Shown here: one piece after another, positions 47,090-59,120 of the stretch | How the letters are laid out: every line of letters starts with the position of its first letter | Position numbering within the stretch: position 1 is the stretch's first letter | Assembly (NCBI RefSeq): GCF_009914755.1 | Contig: NC_060938.1 | Reading direction: 5' to 3' (one strand) | Origin: the human T2T-CHM13v2.0 reference genome, Homo sapiens | DNA: 64,000 nucleotides | Program-made: the position numbers and the translations under genes | Notes under the pieces: generated by a model | Seen by the model: only the letters and a program-made list of their open reading frames with translations | Database searches by the model: none | What the model was told of the DNA's origin: nothing

Positions 47090-49290
47090 GAATGGACCCA
47101 AATAGAATGGATGCGAAAGGATTGGTCTTGAATGGAATTTATTCGTATGCAATTTAATCAAATGGAATGCAATAGTATGTAATGGAATCAAATGGAATAG
47201 AATCGAATGGAAGGGACAGGAATGGAATGGACTGGAATAGGACTGACTTGAATGTAACGGATTGCAATGTAATTGATTCGAAAGTAAAGGAATAGAATGG
47301 AATGTAATCAAATGGAATGGAATGGAATGCAATGGAATGGAATAGAATGCAATGTAATAGAATGGAATGGAGTGGAATGGACTGGAATGGACTGGAATGC
47401 AATGGACTTGAATGGAATGGACTGGAACAAAATGGGATGAAATGGATTGGAATCGAACGGAACGGAATGTAATGGTATGGAATGGAATGCACTCGAATGG
47501 AATGGAGTTGAAATGAATGGAATCGAATGGAACGGAATTGAATGGAATCGAAAAGAAGAGAATGGAATGGAGCGTAATGGAAAGGTATCGAATGGAATGG
47601 AATGGAATGGAATGGAATGGAATGGAATGGAATGGGCTCGAATGGGATGGAATGGAATAGACTCGAATGGTATGAACTGGAGTGTAATGCAGTCAAATTG
47701 AATGGAAACGAATGGAATGGAATGGATTGGAAAGGAGTAGGATGGAATGGAATCGGATGGAACACAATGGAATGGAATGGATTCGAATTCAGTAGAATTG
47801 AATGGATTGGCAATGAATGGAGAGGAATGGAATGGAATGGAATGGAATGGAATGGAATAGAATGGAATCTAGTGGATTGTATTCGAATGGAATAGAATCG
47901 CATGGCATGGCATCGAATGGAATGGAATGTAATGGAATGGACTGGAATGGAATGGACTCAAATGGAATGGACTGGAACAAAATGGAAACGAACGGATTGC
48001 AATCGAATGGAACGGAATGGAAGGGAATGGACTTGAATGGAATGGAATCTAATTGAATGGAACCAAATGGAATCAAATCGAATGGAATGGAATTGAATAA
48101 AATACAAAGGAATAGAATGCAATGGTGTGTAATGGAAAGGTTTTGAATGGAATGGAATGGAATGGACTCGAATGGAATGGATTCCAAAGGAACGGAATTG
48201 AATGGAATGGAATCGAATGGAATGGAATTCAATAGAATTGAAAGGAATAGAATGGAATGGATTGTAATGGAAAGATATCAAATGGAATGGAATGGAATAA
48301 AATGGACTCGAATAGAATGGATTGGAATGGAATGGACTCGAAAGGAATGGACTCGAATGGATTGGACTGGAATGGAATGGACTCAAAAGGAATGGACTCG
48401 AATGGAATGGAGTGGTATGGACTAGAAAGGAATGGACTCGAATGGAACAGAATAGAATGGAAAGGAATGGAAGGGAATGGAATGGAATGGACCCAAATAT
48501 AATGGACTCGTATGGAATGGACTCAAATAGAATGGATTCCAAAGGAATGGTCTCGAATGGAATTTATTTGAATAGAATTTAATCAAATGGAATGCAATAG
48601 TATGTAATGGAATTGAATGGAATGGACAGGAATGGAATGGACTGGAATAGAATGGACTTGAATGAAATGGATTGCAATGTAATTGAATTAAATGTAATGG
48701 AATCAAATGGAATGTAATCAAATGGAATGGAATGGAATGCAATGGAATGGAATAGAATGCAATGTAATAGAATGGAATGGAGTGGAATCGAGTGGAATGG
48801 ACTGAAATGGAATGGACTCGAAGGGAATGGACAGGAACAAAATGGAATGGAACGGATTGGAATCGAAAAGAACAGAATGTAATGGAATGGAATGGAATGC
48901 ACTCGAATGGAATGGAGTCGAAAGCAATGGAATTGAATGGAATGGAATCGAATGGAATGGAATTGAATGGAATCGAAAAGAAGAGAATGGAATGTAGCAT
49001 AATGGAATGATATCGAGTGGAATGGACTCGAATGGAATGGACTGGAATGGAATAGACTCGAACGGTATGGACTGGAGTGGAATGCAGACAAATTGAATGG
49101 AAACGAATGAAATGGAATGGAATGGAAAGGAATAGAATGGAATGGAATCGGATGGAACACAATGGAATGGAATGGATTCGAATTCAATAGAATTGAATGG
49201 ATTGGCAATGAATGGAGTGGAATGGAATGGAATGGACTCTAATCGATTGTATTCGAATGGAAGAGAATCGAATGGCATGGCATCGAATGT
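47090..49290 (+). repeat. Tandem duplication, ~1.4 kb period (second copy partial)
   Basis: Shared rare motifs: AATTTAATCAAATGGAATGCAATAGTATGTAATGG (47151/48576), ATCGAAAAGAAGAGAATGG (~47547/48972), GGAACACAATGG (~47759/49153) and GGATTGGCAATGAATGG (~47804/49199). Confidence 0.8.
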
Positions 49291-49358
49291 AATGGAATGG
49301 AATGGACTCAAATGTAATGGACTTGAATGTAATGGACTCAAATAGAATGGACTCGAAA

Positions 49359-49373
49359 GGAATGTTCTCGAAT
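49359..49373. promoter_or_regulatory. Perfect three-unit heat shock element motif (nGAAnnTTCnnGAAn)
   Basis: GGAATGTTCTCGAAT. This is a motif match only; binding is not shown. Confidence 0.4.
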
Positions 49374-49779
49374 GCAATTTATTCGAACAGAATGGAATCG
49401 AAAGGAATGCAACAGTATGGAATGGAGTCGAATGGAATGGAATCGAATGGAATGGACAGGAATGGAATGGACTGGAATAGAAAGGACTCAAATGTAATGG
49501 ATTGCAATGTAATAGATTTGAGTAGAATGGAATCAAATGGAATGTAATCAAATGGAATGGAATGTAATGCAATGGAATGGAATAGAATGGAATGTAAGAA
49601 AATGGAACGGACTGGAATCGAGTGGAATCGAATCCAATGGAATGGATTTGAATGGAATGAAATCAAATGGAATGGACTGGAATGGAATGGACTCGAATGG
49701 AAAGGACTGGAACAAAATGGAAACAAATGGATTGCAATTGAATGGAATGGAATGGAATGGACACGAATGGAATGGACTC

Positions 49780-51430
49780 TAATTGAATGGAACCAAATGG
49801 AATGCAGTCGAATGGAATGGAATTGAATGAAATAGAAAGGAATAGAATCGAATTGAATGGACTTGAATGGAATGGAAAAGCCTCGAGTGTAATGGAATGG
49901 AATTGAATGGACTCAAATTATGGAATGGAATGGAATGGAATGGAATGGAATGGAATAAAGTGGCCTCGAATGGAATGGAATGGAATGGACTCAAATGAAA
50001 TTGAATGAACTCGAATGGAATGGAATGGAATGGAATGGAATCAACTCGAGTGGAATGGAATGGAATGTAATGGAATGGATTCGAATGGAATGGAATGGAA
50101 TGGACCCGAGTGGAATGGAACAGAATGGAATGGAATGGAGAGGAATGGAATGAAATGGACTCGAATGGAATGGAATGGAATGGAATAGAAAACAATTGAA
50201 TTGAATGGACCCGAAAAGAATGGAATGGAATGGAATGGAATGAAGTGGCCTCGAATGGAATGGAATGGAGAGGAATGGACTCAAATGAAATGGAATGGAC
50301 TCTAATGGAATGGAATGGATTGGAATCAACTCGAGTGCAATGGAATGGAACGGAATGGAATGGACCCGAATGGAATGGAACAGAATGGAATGGAGAGGAA
50401 TGGAATGGAATGGAATGGAAAGGAATTGACCAGAATGGAATGGAACAGAATGGAATGGAATGGAAAGGAATGGAATGCAATGGAATGGAATGGAACAGAA
50501 TGGAATGGAATGGAAAGGAATGGAATGGAATGGAATGGAATGGAATGGAATGGAATGGAATAGAATGGAATGGAATGTATTGGAATGGAATGGAATGGAG
50601 TCGAATGGAACGGAATGCACTCGAATGGAAGGCAATGCAATGGAATGCACTCAAAAGGAATAGAATGGAATGGAATGGAATAGAAGGGACTCGAATGAAA
50701 TGGAATGGAATGGACTCGAATGGAATGGAATGGACTCAAATGGAATGGAATGGAATGGAATGAACTGAAGTGGATTGGAATAGAATGGACACGATTGGAA
50801 TTGAATGGAAAGGAATGGAATCGAATGGAATGGAATGCAATGGAATGGAATGGACACGAATGGAATGGAATGGAATGGACTGTAATGAAATGGAATGGAA
50901 TGGAAAGGAATGGAATGGAATTGAATGGACGCAAATGGAATGGAAATGACTCGAGTGTAATGGAATGGATTGGAATGGACTCGAATTTTGGAAAGGAATG
51001 GAATGGAATGGAATGGAATGGAATGGAATGGAATGGAATGGAATGCATTTGAATTGAATGGACCCGAAAAGAATGGAATGGAAAGGAATGGAATGAAATG
51101 AAGTGGCCTTGAATGGAATGGAATGGACTCGAATGAAATGGAATGGACTCGAATGGAAAGCAATGGAATTGAATCAACGCGAGTGCAATAGAATGGATTC
51201 GAATGGAATGGAATGGAATAAACCTGAATGGAATGTAACAGAATGAAATGGAATGGAGAGGAATGGAATGTAATGGAAAGGAATGGAAGGGAATGGAATG
51301 GAATGGATTGAAATGGAATGGAATAGAATGGAATGGAATGGATTGGAATGGAATGGAATGCAAGGGAAGGGAAATGAATGGACTGGAATCAAATGGAATC
51401 GTGTGGAATGGAATAGAGTCAAATGGAATG
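49780..51430 (+). repeat. Transitional purer-GGAAT HSat3 block with its own landmarks
   Basis: The central-unit landmarks disappear. New motifs appear: AAGTGGCCTCGA (~49958, 50243, variant 51101), TCAACTCGAGTG (~50041, 50326, variant 51174) and GACCCGAAAAGAATGG (~50208, 51061). Confidence 0.65.
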
Positions 51431-51647
51431 GAACCAAATGACATCAAATTTAATCAAATGGTATACAGTGAACTGGAAGGGAGTGGCGTGGAGTGCAGTG
51501 GAACGGTCTGGGGTGGAATGGAATTGAATGGAGTGGAGTGGAATGTACTGGAGTGGAATGGAATGGGAAGGAGTGGAATTGAACGGAGTGGAGTGGAGTG
51601 GAATGGAATGCAATAGAATGGAATGCAATGGAATGGTGAAATAAAAT

Positions 51648-51710
51648 GTTATTTGAGATTGTGCACTACACTCCAGCCTGGGTGACAGAGTGAGAACCTG
51701 TCGAAAGAAA
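51648..51710 (+). mobile_element. Alu 3'-end fragment, copy 1
   Basis: TTGAGATTGTGCACTACACTCCAGCCTGGGTGACAGAGTGAGAACCTGTCGAAAGAAA matches the Alu right-arm end (GAGATCGCGCCACTGCACTCCAGCCTGGGCGACAGAGCGAGAC..). Confidence 0.9.
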
Positions 51711-52910
51711 GGAAGGGAATGGAATGGACTTAGAATGGAAATTATTGGATTGGATTTAAAATGGAATTGAATGGAATGAAGTGGAGTGCAGTGGATTGGA
51801 GTGGAGTAGAGTGAAGTGGAATTGTGTGGAATGGAATGGAGTGGAATCGAGTGAAGTGGAATGGAATGGAATGTAGTGGAGTGTAATGGAGTGGAAAGCA
51901 GTGGAATGGAGTTGAATGGAATGGAGTGGAGTGAAATGGAGTGGAGTGGAGTGGAATGGAATGGGGTGGAATGTAATGGAGTGGAAAGCAGTGGAATGGA
52001 GAGGAATGGAATGTAGTGGAGTGGAATGGAATGGAGTGGAGTGGAAAAGAATGGAGTGGAATGGAATGGAATGGAATGGAGTAGAATGGAATGGAATCGA
52101 ATCAAATCGACTCGACTCGAATTGAATCGACTCCAAATGAATCGAATCAAATCAAATGGAATAGATCGGAATTCAATGGAATTGAATGGATTCGAATCAA
52201 ATGGAATCGAATGGCATTGAAGTGAATCAAATGTAATGTGGTGAAACGGAGAGGAGTGGAGCAGAATGGATTGGAATGTAATGGAGGGGAATGGAATTGA
52301 ACGGAGTGGAGTAGACTGGAGTGGAAGTGAGTGGAGTGGAATGGAATGGGAAGGAATGGGAATGATTGGAGTGGAGTAGAATTGAGTGGAGTGGAATGGA
52401 ATTGAATGGAATGGAATGGAATGGAATTTAATCAAATGGAATGGAATGGAATGGAGTGGAATGGAATGGAACAGAATCGAATGGAATGGAGTCAAATGGA
52501 ATCGAATGGAATAGAATGGAAAAGAATGGAATCAAATGGTTTTGAATCAAATCGACTCAAATCAAATCGAATCGTATGGAATCGAAAGGATTTGAATTGA
52601 ATCAAAAGAAATTGAATTGAATCGAATGCAAAAAAATGAAATTGAAAGGAATCGAATGGAATTGAATCAAATGGAATCGAGTGGCATTGAATGGAATCTA
52701 ATGGAATGCGGTGAAATGGAGTGGAGTTTCTTGGAATGGAGTGGAATGGAATGGGGTGGAATGGAATTGAATGGAGTGGAGAGGAGTGGAATGGATTGGA
52801 ATGGAATGGAATGGAATGGGAAGGAATGGAATTGAACAGAGTGGAGCGGAGTGGAGTGGAGTGGAATGGAATGCAATGGAATGGAATCGAATGGAATGGT
52901 GAAATGAAAT

Positions 52911-52973
52911 GTGAGCTGAGATTACGCACTGCACTCCAGGCTGGGTTACACAGTGAGATCCTGTAGAAAGAAA
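52911..52973 (+). mobile_element. Alu 3'-end fragment, copy 2
   Basis: GTGAGCTGAGATTACGCACTGCACTCCAGGCTGGGTTACACAGTGAGATCCTGTAGAAAGAAA. Confidence 0.9.
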
Positions 52974-53611
52974 GGAAGAGAATGGAATGGATTCAGAATG
53001 GAATGGAATGGAATGGATTTAGAATGGAATGTAATGGAATGGAGTGGAGTGGAGTGGATTGGAGTGGAATGGAGTGGAATGGAATCGAGTGGAGTGGAGT
53101 GGAATGGAATGGAAAGAAATATAATGGAGTGAAATGGAGTGGAGTCGAATGGAATGGAATGGAGTGGAGTGGAAAGGATTTGAGTGGAGTGGAATGGAAT
53201 GGAGCAGAAAGTAATGGAATGGAGTGGAATGTAATGGAATGTAATGGAATGGAAACAAATGGAATCAAATGGAATCTAATTGAATCGAAACAACTCGAAT
53301 CAAATTGAATCGAATGCAATGGAATGGAGTCGAATGGAATCGAATGGTATCGAATGGAAAAAATGGAATCTAATGGAATCGAATGGAATGAAATTGAAAG
53401 ATTCGAATGGTGTAGAATGAAATCGAATGGAATGTGATGAAGTGGAGTGGAGGGTAGTGGAATGCAGTGGAAAGCAATGGGGTGGAATGGACTTGAATGG
53501 AGTGGAGTGGAGTGGCATGGAATGGAATGGAATGGGAAGGAATGGAATTGATCGGAGTGGAGTGGAGTGAAGTGGAATGGAATGCAATGGAATGGAATGG
53601 TGAAATGAAAT

Positions 53612-53674
53612 GTGAGCTGAGAATCTACACTGCACTCCATACTGGGTGACAGAGTGAGATCCTGTTGAAAGAAA
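53612..53674 (+). mobile_element. Alu 3'-end fragment, copy 3
   Basis: GTGAGCTGAGAATCTACACTGCACTCCATACTGGGTGACAGAGTGAGATCCTGTTGAAAGAAA. Confidence 0.9.
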
Positions 53675-54250
53675 GGAAGGGAATGGAATGGATTTAGAAT
53701 GGAATATAATGGAACGGATTTAGAGTGGAATATAATGGAATGGATATAGAAAGGAATGTAACGGAATGGAGTGCAGTGGAGTGGAGTGGAATGGACTGGA
53801 GTGGAGTGGAATGGAATGGTATGGATTGTTATGGAATGGAATGCAATGGGGTGGAATGGAGTGCTGTGGGGTGGAGTGGAGTGGAATGAAGTGGAATGGA
53901 ATGGGATGGAATGGAATGGAGAGGAGTGGAGTGGAATGGAGTGGAAATGTGTAGAATGGAATGGAATGGAGTGGAATGGAGTGGATTTGAGTGGAATGGA
54001 GTGGAGTGGATTGGAATGGAGTGGAGTGGTGTGGAGTACAGTTTAGTTTAGTGGAATGGAGTGGAGTGGATTGGAATGAAAGGGAGTGGAGTGTTGTGGA
54101 GTGGAGTGGTGAGGAATGGAGTGGACTGGAATGGAATGGAGTGAAGTGGAATGGAGTGGAGTGGAGTGGAATGGAATGGAATGCAAAGGATTGGAATGGA
54201 ATGGAATAGAATGCAATGGAATGGAATGGCATAGAATGGTGAAATGAAAT

Positions 54251-54313
54251 GTGAGCTGAGATTGTGCACTACACTCCAGCCTGGGTAAGAGAGTGAGATC
54301 CTGTCAAAAGAAA
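54251..54313 (+). mobile_element. Alu 3'-end fragment, copy 4
   Basis: GTGAGCTGAGATTGTGCACTACACTCCAGCCTGGGTAAGAGAGTGAGATCCTGTCAAAAGAAA. Confidence 0.9.
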
Positions 54314-54851
54314 GGAATGCAATGGAATGGATTTAGAAAGAATGGAATGGAATGGAATGGAATGGAATGGATTTAGAAAAATGGAATGGAATGGAATGGA
54401 ATGGAATGGAATGGAATGGAATGGAATGGATTTAGAAAAACGGAATGGAATGGAATGGAATGGAGTGGAGTGGAGTGGAATGTAATGGAATGGAATCGAA
54501 TGGAATCAAATCGAATTGAATGGAATCGAGTCGAATGGAATCGAATGAAAAAATGGATTCGAATGGAATCGAATCAAATGGAATCAAATGGCATCAATGG
54601 AATCGAATGGAATGCCGTGAAGAGGAATGGAGTGCAGTGGAATGGAGTGGAATGGAATGGGGTGGAATGGAATTCAATGGAGTGGAGTGGAGTGGAATGG
54701 AATCAAACCGAATGGAATGGGAAGGAATGGAATTGACTGGAGTGGAGTGGAGTGGAGTCGAATGGAATGCAATGGAATGGAATGGAATGCATTGGAATAG
54801 AATGGAATGGAATGGAATGGAATGGAATGGAATGGAATGGGGAAATGAAAT

Positions 54852-54914
54852 ATGAACTGAGATTGCGCACCTCAGTGCAGCCTGGGTGATAGAGTGAGAC
54901 CCTGTCAAAAGAAA
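54852..54914 (+). mobile_element. Alu 3'-end fragment, copy 5
   Basis: ATGAACTGAGATTGCGCACCTCAGTGCAGCCTGGGTGATAGAGTGAGACCCTGTCAAAAGAAA; ends in GAGACCCTGTC, the AluJ-type terminus. Confidence 0.88.
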
Positions 54915-55303
54915 GGAATGGAAAGGAATGGATTTAGAATAGAATGGAGTGGAGTGGAGTGGCGTGGAGTGGAGTGCAGTGGAATGGAGAGGTATGGATT
55001 GTTATGGAATGGAATGGAGTGGAGTGGAGTGGTGGGGGGTGGAATGGAGAGGACTGGAATGCAGTGGGATGGAATGGAATGGAATGGAATGGAGTGGAGT
55101 GGAGAGGAAATGTGTAGAATGGAATGCAATGGAATGGAATTGAGTCGAGTGGAGTGGAGTGTAGTTGAGTGGAATGGAATGGAATGGAGTGGAATGGAGT
55201 GTAGTGGAATGGAGTGGAGTGGGGTGGAGTGGAATGGAATCGAAAGGAATGGAATGGAATGCAATGGAATGGAATGGAATGGAATAGAATGGTGAAATGA
55301 AAT

Positions 55304-55366
55304 GTGAGCTGAGATTGTGCACTGCACTCCAGCCTAGGTGACAGAGTGAGATTCCTTCAAAAGAAA
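55304..55366 (+). mobile_element. Alu 3'-end fragment, copy 6
   Basis: GTGAGCTGAGATTGTGCACTGCACTCCAGCCTAGGTGACAGAGTGAGATTCCTTCAAAAGAAA. Confidence 0.9.
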
Positions 55367-56349
55367 GGAATGGAATGGAATGGATTTACAATGGAATGTA
55401 ATGTAATTGAGTGGAGTGGAGTGGAGTGGCGTGGAATGGAGTGGAGTGGAGTGGAATTGAGTTGTATAGATTTTTATGGAATGGAATGGAATGGAGTGGA
55501 GTGGAGTGAAGTGGGGTGGAGTGGAGTGGAATGGAGTGGAATGGAATGGGATGGAATGGAATGAAGTGGAGTGCAGTGGCATAGAGTAGAGTGGAGTGGA
55601 ATTTAGTGGTATGTACTGTTATGGAATGGAATGGAATGGAGTTGAGTGGAGTATAGTTGGGTGGAGTGGAGTGGTGTGGAGGGGAATGGAGTGGAATGTA
55701 TTGGGATGGAATGGAATGGAGAGGAGTAGAGTGGAGTGGAAAGGTGTAGAATGGAAAGGAATGGAATATAGTGGAGTGAAGGGGAGGGGAGTTGAGTGCA
55801 GTGTTATGGAATGGAGTGGAATGCAGTGGAGTGGAATGGAGAGGAGTGGAGTGGAGTGGAATGGAGCAGAGTGGAGTGGAGTGGAGTGAATGGAGTGGAG
55901 TGGAATGGAATGGAGTGGAGTGGAAAGCAATGGAGTGGAGTGGAATGGACTGGTGTGGAATGGAATGGAGTGGAGTGGAATGGTATGGGGTGGAGTGGAA
56001 TGGACTGGAGTGCAGTAGAGTGGACTGGAGTAGAATGGAGTGGAGTGGAATGGACTGGAGTGGAGTGGATTGGAGTGGAATGGAATGGAATGGATTGGAG
56101 TGGAGTGGCATGGAGTGCAGTGCAATGGAGTGTAGTGTGGTGGAATGGAATGGAATGGAATGCGATGAAATGTTGTGGAGAGGAGTGGAATGGAGTGGAA
56201 TGGAATGGGGTGGAATGGAATTAAATGGAATGGAGTGCAGTGGAGTGGCATGGAGTCGAGTGGAACGGAATGGGAAGGAATGGAATTGAACAGAGTGGAG
56301 TTTAGTGGAGTGGAGTGGAATGCAATGGAATGGAGTGGTGAAATGAATT

Positions 56350-56412
56350 GTGAGCTGAGATTGTGCAATGCACTCCAGCTTGGGTGACCTAGTGAGATCC
56401 TGTCAAAAGAAA
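56350..56412 (+). mobile_element. Alu 3'-end fragment, copy 7
   Basis: GTGAGCTGAGATTGTGCAATGCACTCCAGCTTGGGTGACCTAGTGAGATCCTGTCAAAAGAAA. Confidence 0.9.
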
Positions 56413-57312
56413 CGAATGGAATGGAACAGATTTAAAATGGAATGTAATGGAATGGACTGGAGTGGAGTGGAGTCGTGTGGAGTGGAGTGGAGTGGAATGG
56501 AGTGGTATGGATTCTTATAGAATGGAATGGAATGGAGTGGAGTGGGGTGAAGTGGAGTGGAGTGTAATGGAGTGGAATGGAATGAGATGGAAAGGAATGG
56601 AAGGGAGTGGAGTGGAGTGGAAAGGTGTAGAATGGAATGTAATGAAGTATAGTGGAGTGGAGTGGATTGGAGGGGAGTTGAGTGCAGTGGAATGGAATGG
56701 AGTGGAATGGAGTTGAGTGGAGTGGAATGGAGCAGAGTGGAGTGAAGTGGAGTGGAGTGAAGTGGAGTGGAATGGAATGGAGTGGAGTGGAATGGAATGG
56801 AATGGAGTGGAATGGACTGCAGTGGAGTGGAATGGACTGGAGTGGAATGGAATGGACTGGGGTGGAATGGTATGGAGTGGAGTGGAATGGAATGGAGTGC
56901 ATTGGAGTGGAGTGGAATGCAGTGGAGTGGAATGGAGTAGAATGGACCTGACTGGAGTGGAATGGAGTGGAATGGAATGGAATGGAGTGGAGTGGAGTGG
57001 AATGGAGTGCAGTGTAATGGAGTGGAGTGAAGTGGAGTGGAATGGAATGGAACGGAATGAAATGGAATGGAATCGAAAGAAATTGGAATGGAATGGAATG
57101 GAATGGAATGGAATGGAATGGAATGTGGTGAAATATTGTGGAGTGGAGTGGAATGGACTGGAATGGAATGGGGTGGAATGGAATTCAATGGAGTGGAGTG
57201 GAGTGGAATGGCGAGGAGTAGAATGGGATGGGAAGGAATGGAATTGAATGGAGTGGAGTGGAGTGGAGTGAAGTGGAATGGAATACAATGGAATGGAATG
57301 GAGAAATCAAAT

Positions 57313-57375
57313 GTGAGCTGAGATTATGCACTGCAATCCAGCCTGGGTGACCTAGTGAGATCCTGTCAAAAGAAA
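57313..57375 (+). mobile_element. Alu 3'-end fragment, copy 8
   Basis: GTGAGCTGAGATTATGCACTGCAATCCAGCCTGGGTGACCTAGTGAGATCCTGTCAAAAGAAA. Confidence 0.9.
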
Positions 57376-58324
57376 GGAATGGAATGGAATGGATTTTAAA
57401 TGGAAGGTAATAGAATTGAGTGGAGTAGAGTGGAATAGCGTGGAGTGGACTGGAGTGGAATGGAGTTGTATGGATTCTTATGGAATCAAATGGAATTCAG
57501 TGGACCGGAGTGGGGTGTAGTGGAGTGGAATGGAGTGGAATGGAATGAGATGAAATGTAATGGAGTGGAGTGGAGTGGAGTGGAGTGGAATGGTGTAGAA
57601 TGGATTGGAAGGGAGTGGAGTGGAGTGGATTGGATATGAGTGGAGTGGATTGAAGGGCAGTGGAATGGAGTTGAATGGATTGGAGTGGAATGGAGTGGAG
57701 TGGAGTGGAGTGCAATGGAATGGAATGGAATCAAATCGAATCAAATGGAATGGAATGGAATGGAATGAAATGGAATGGAATGGAATCGAATGGCATCGAA
57801 TGGAATCGATTGGAATGCGGTGAAGTGGAGTGGAGTGGAGTGGAAAGGTGTAGAATAGAATGCAATGGAGAGGAGTGGAGTGGAGTTTAGCGGAGTGGAT
57901 TGCAGTGCAGTGGAATGGAGTGGAGTGTATTGGAGTATAGTGGGGTGTAGTGGAATGGAATAGAATGAAACGGAAGGGAGTGAAGTGGAATGGAATGTAA
58001 TGGAAGGCAATGGAATGGAATGAAATCGAATCGAATCGAATCGAATGGAATCAAATGGAATGGAATCGAAAGGAATTGAATGGAGTTGAAGGCAATGGAA
58101 TGGAAATGAATGGAACAGAATCAAATGGAATGCGGTGAAATGCAGTGGAGTGGATTTGAATGGAGTGGAATGAAAAGGGGTGGAATAGAAATGAATGGAG
58201 TGGAGTGGAGTAGAATGGAGTGGAGTGGAAAGGAATGGGAAGGAATGGAATTGAACTGAGTGGAGTGGAGTGGAGTAGAATGAAATGCAATGGAATGGAA
58301 TCAAATGGAATGCTGAAATGAAAT

Positions 58325-58387
58325 GTGAGCCGAGATTGCGCACTGCATTCCAGCCTGGGTGACGGTGTGAGATCCTGTCGAAAGAAA
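58325..58387 (+). mobile_element. Alu 3'-end fragment, copy 9
   Basis: GTGAGCCGAGATTGCGCACTGCATTCCAGCCTGGGTGACGGTGTGAGATCCTGTCGAAAGAAA; carries Alu-consensus CpGs (GCCGAG, TGCG). Confidence 0.92.
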
Positions 58388-59057
58388 TGAAGGGAATGAA
58401 ATGGATTTAGAATGGAATATAATGGAATGTATTTAGAATGGAATGTAATGAAACGGAGTAGATTGGAGTGGAGTGGAATGGAGTGGAATGGAGTGGAGTG
58501 AAATGGAGTGGAATGGAATGGAATGGAGTGAAGAGAAGTGAAATGGAGTGGGGTGGAATGGCATGGAATGCAGTCGAGCGGAGTGGAGTGAAATGGAGTG
58601 GAGTGGAATAGAATGACATTGAGTGGAATGGAATGGAATGGAGTGGAATGCCATACAATGGAAGGGAATGGAATGGAGTGGAGTGGAGTAGATTGGATTG
58701 GAATAGAGTGGAATGGAGTGGAGTAGAGTGGATTGGAATAGAGTGGAATTGAGTGTAATGGAATGGAATGGATTGGAATCAAATGGAATGGAATCAAATG
58801 GAATGGAATGGAATGGAATCGAATGGAATGGAATTGAAAGTCATCGAATGGAATTGAATGGAATGTGGTGAAGTGGAGTGGAGTGGAATGGAGTGGAATG
58901 GAATGGGGTGGAACGTAATTTAATGGAGTGGAGTGAAGTGGAATGGAATGGAGTGGAGTGGAATGGACTGGGAAGGAATGGAATTGAACGGAGTGGAGTG
59001 GAGTGGTGTGGAATGGAATGCAATGGAATGGAATGGACTGGAATGGTGAAATGATAT

Positions 59058-59120
59058 GTCAGCTGAGACTGTGCACTGTACTCCAACCTGGGTGACAGAG
59101 TGAGATCCTGTCATAAGAAC
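59058..59120 (+). mobile_element. Alu 3'-end fragment, copy 10
   Basis: GTCAGCTGAGACTGTGCACTGTACTCCAACCTGGGTGACAGAGTGAGATCCTGTCATAAGAAC. Confidence 0.9.

Larger units (their letters stand above)
2560..49780 (+). repeat. HSat3 domain with ~0.9-1 kb higher-order repeat (TCGA/GGACT-rich)
   Basis: The landmark GGACCCAAATGTAATGGACTCG...GGTCTCGAATGGAATTTATTCGAATAG...GCAATAGTATGG recurs about 47 times between ~2975 and ~49376. Consecutive copies at ~4185, 5105, 5999, 6878, 7775 and 8691 are 879-920 bp apart. Other ordered landmarks are GATTGCAATGTAATTGATT, GGACTGGAACAAAATGG and GGAGTGTAATGGAAAGATATCG. Confidence 0.85.

Noticed and set aside
2560-49780. HSat2 assignment because of abundant TCGA
   Set aside because: The 5-bp phase is preserved with long (GGAAT)n runs, and the HSat2 hallmark (GAATCATCGAATG / CATTCGATGATTC) was not seen.
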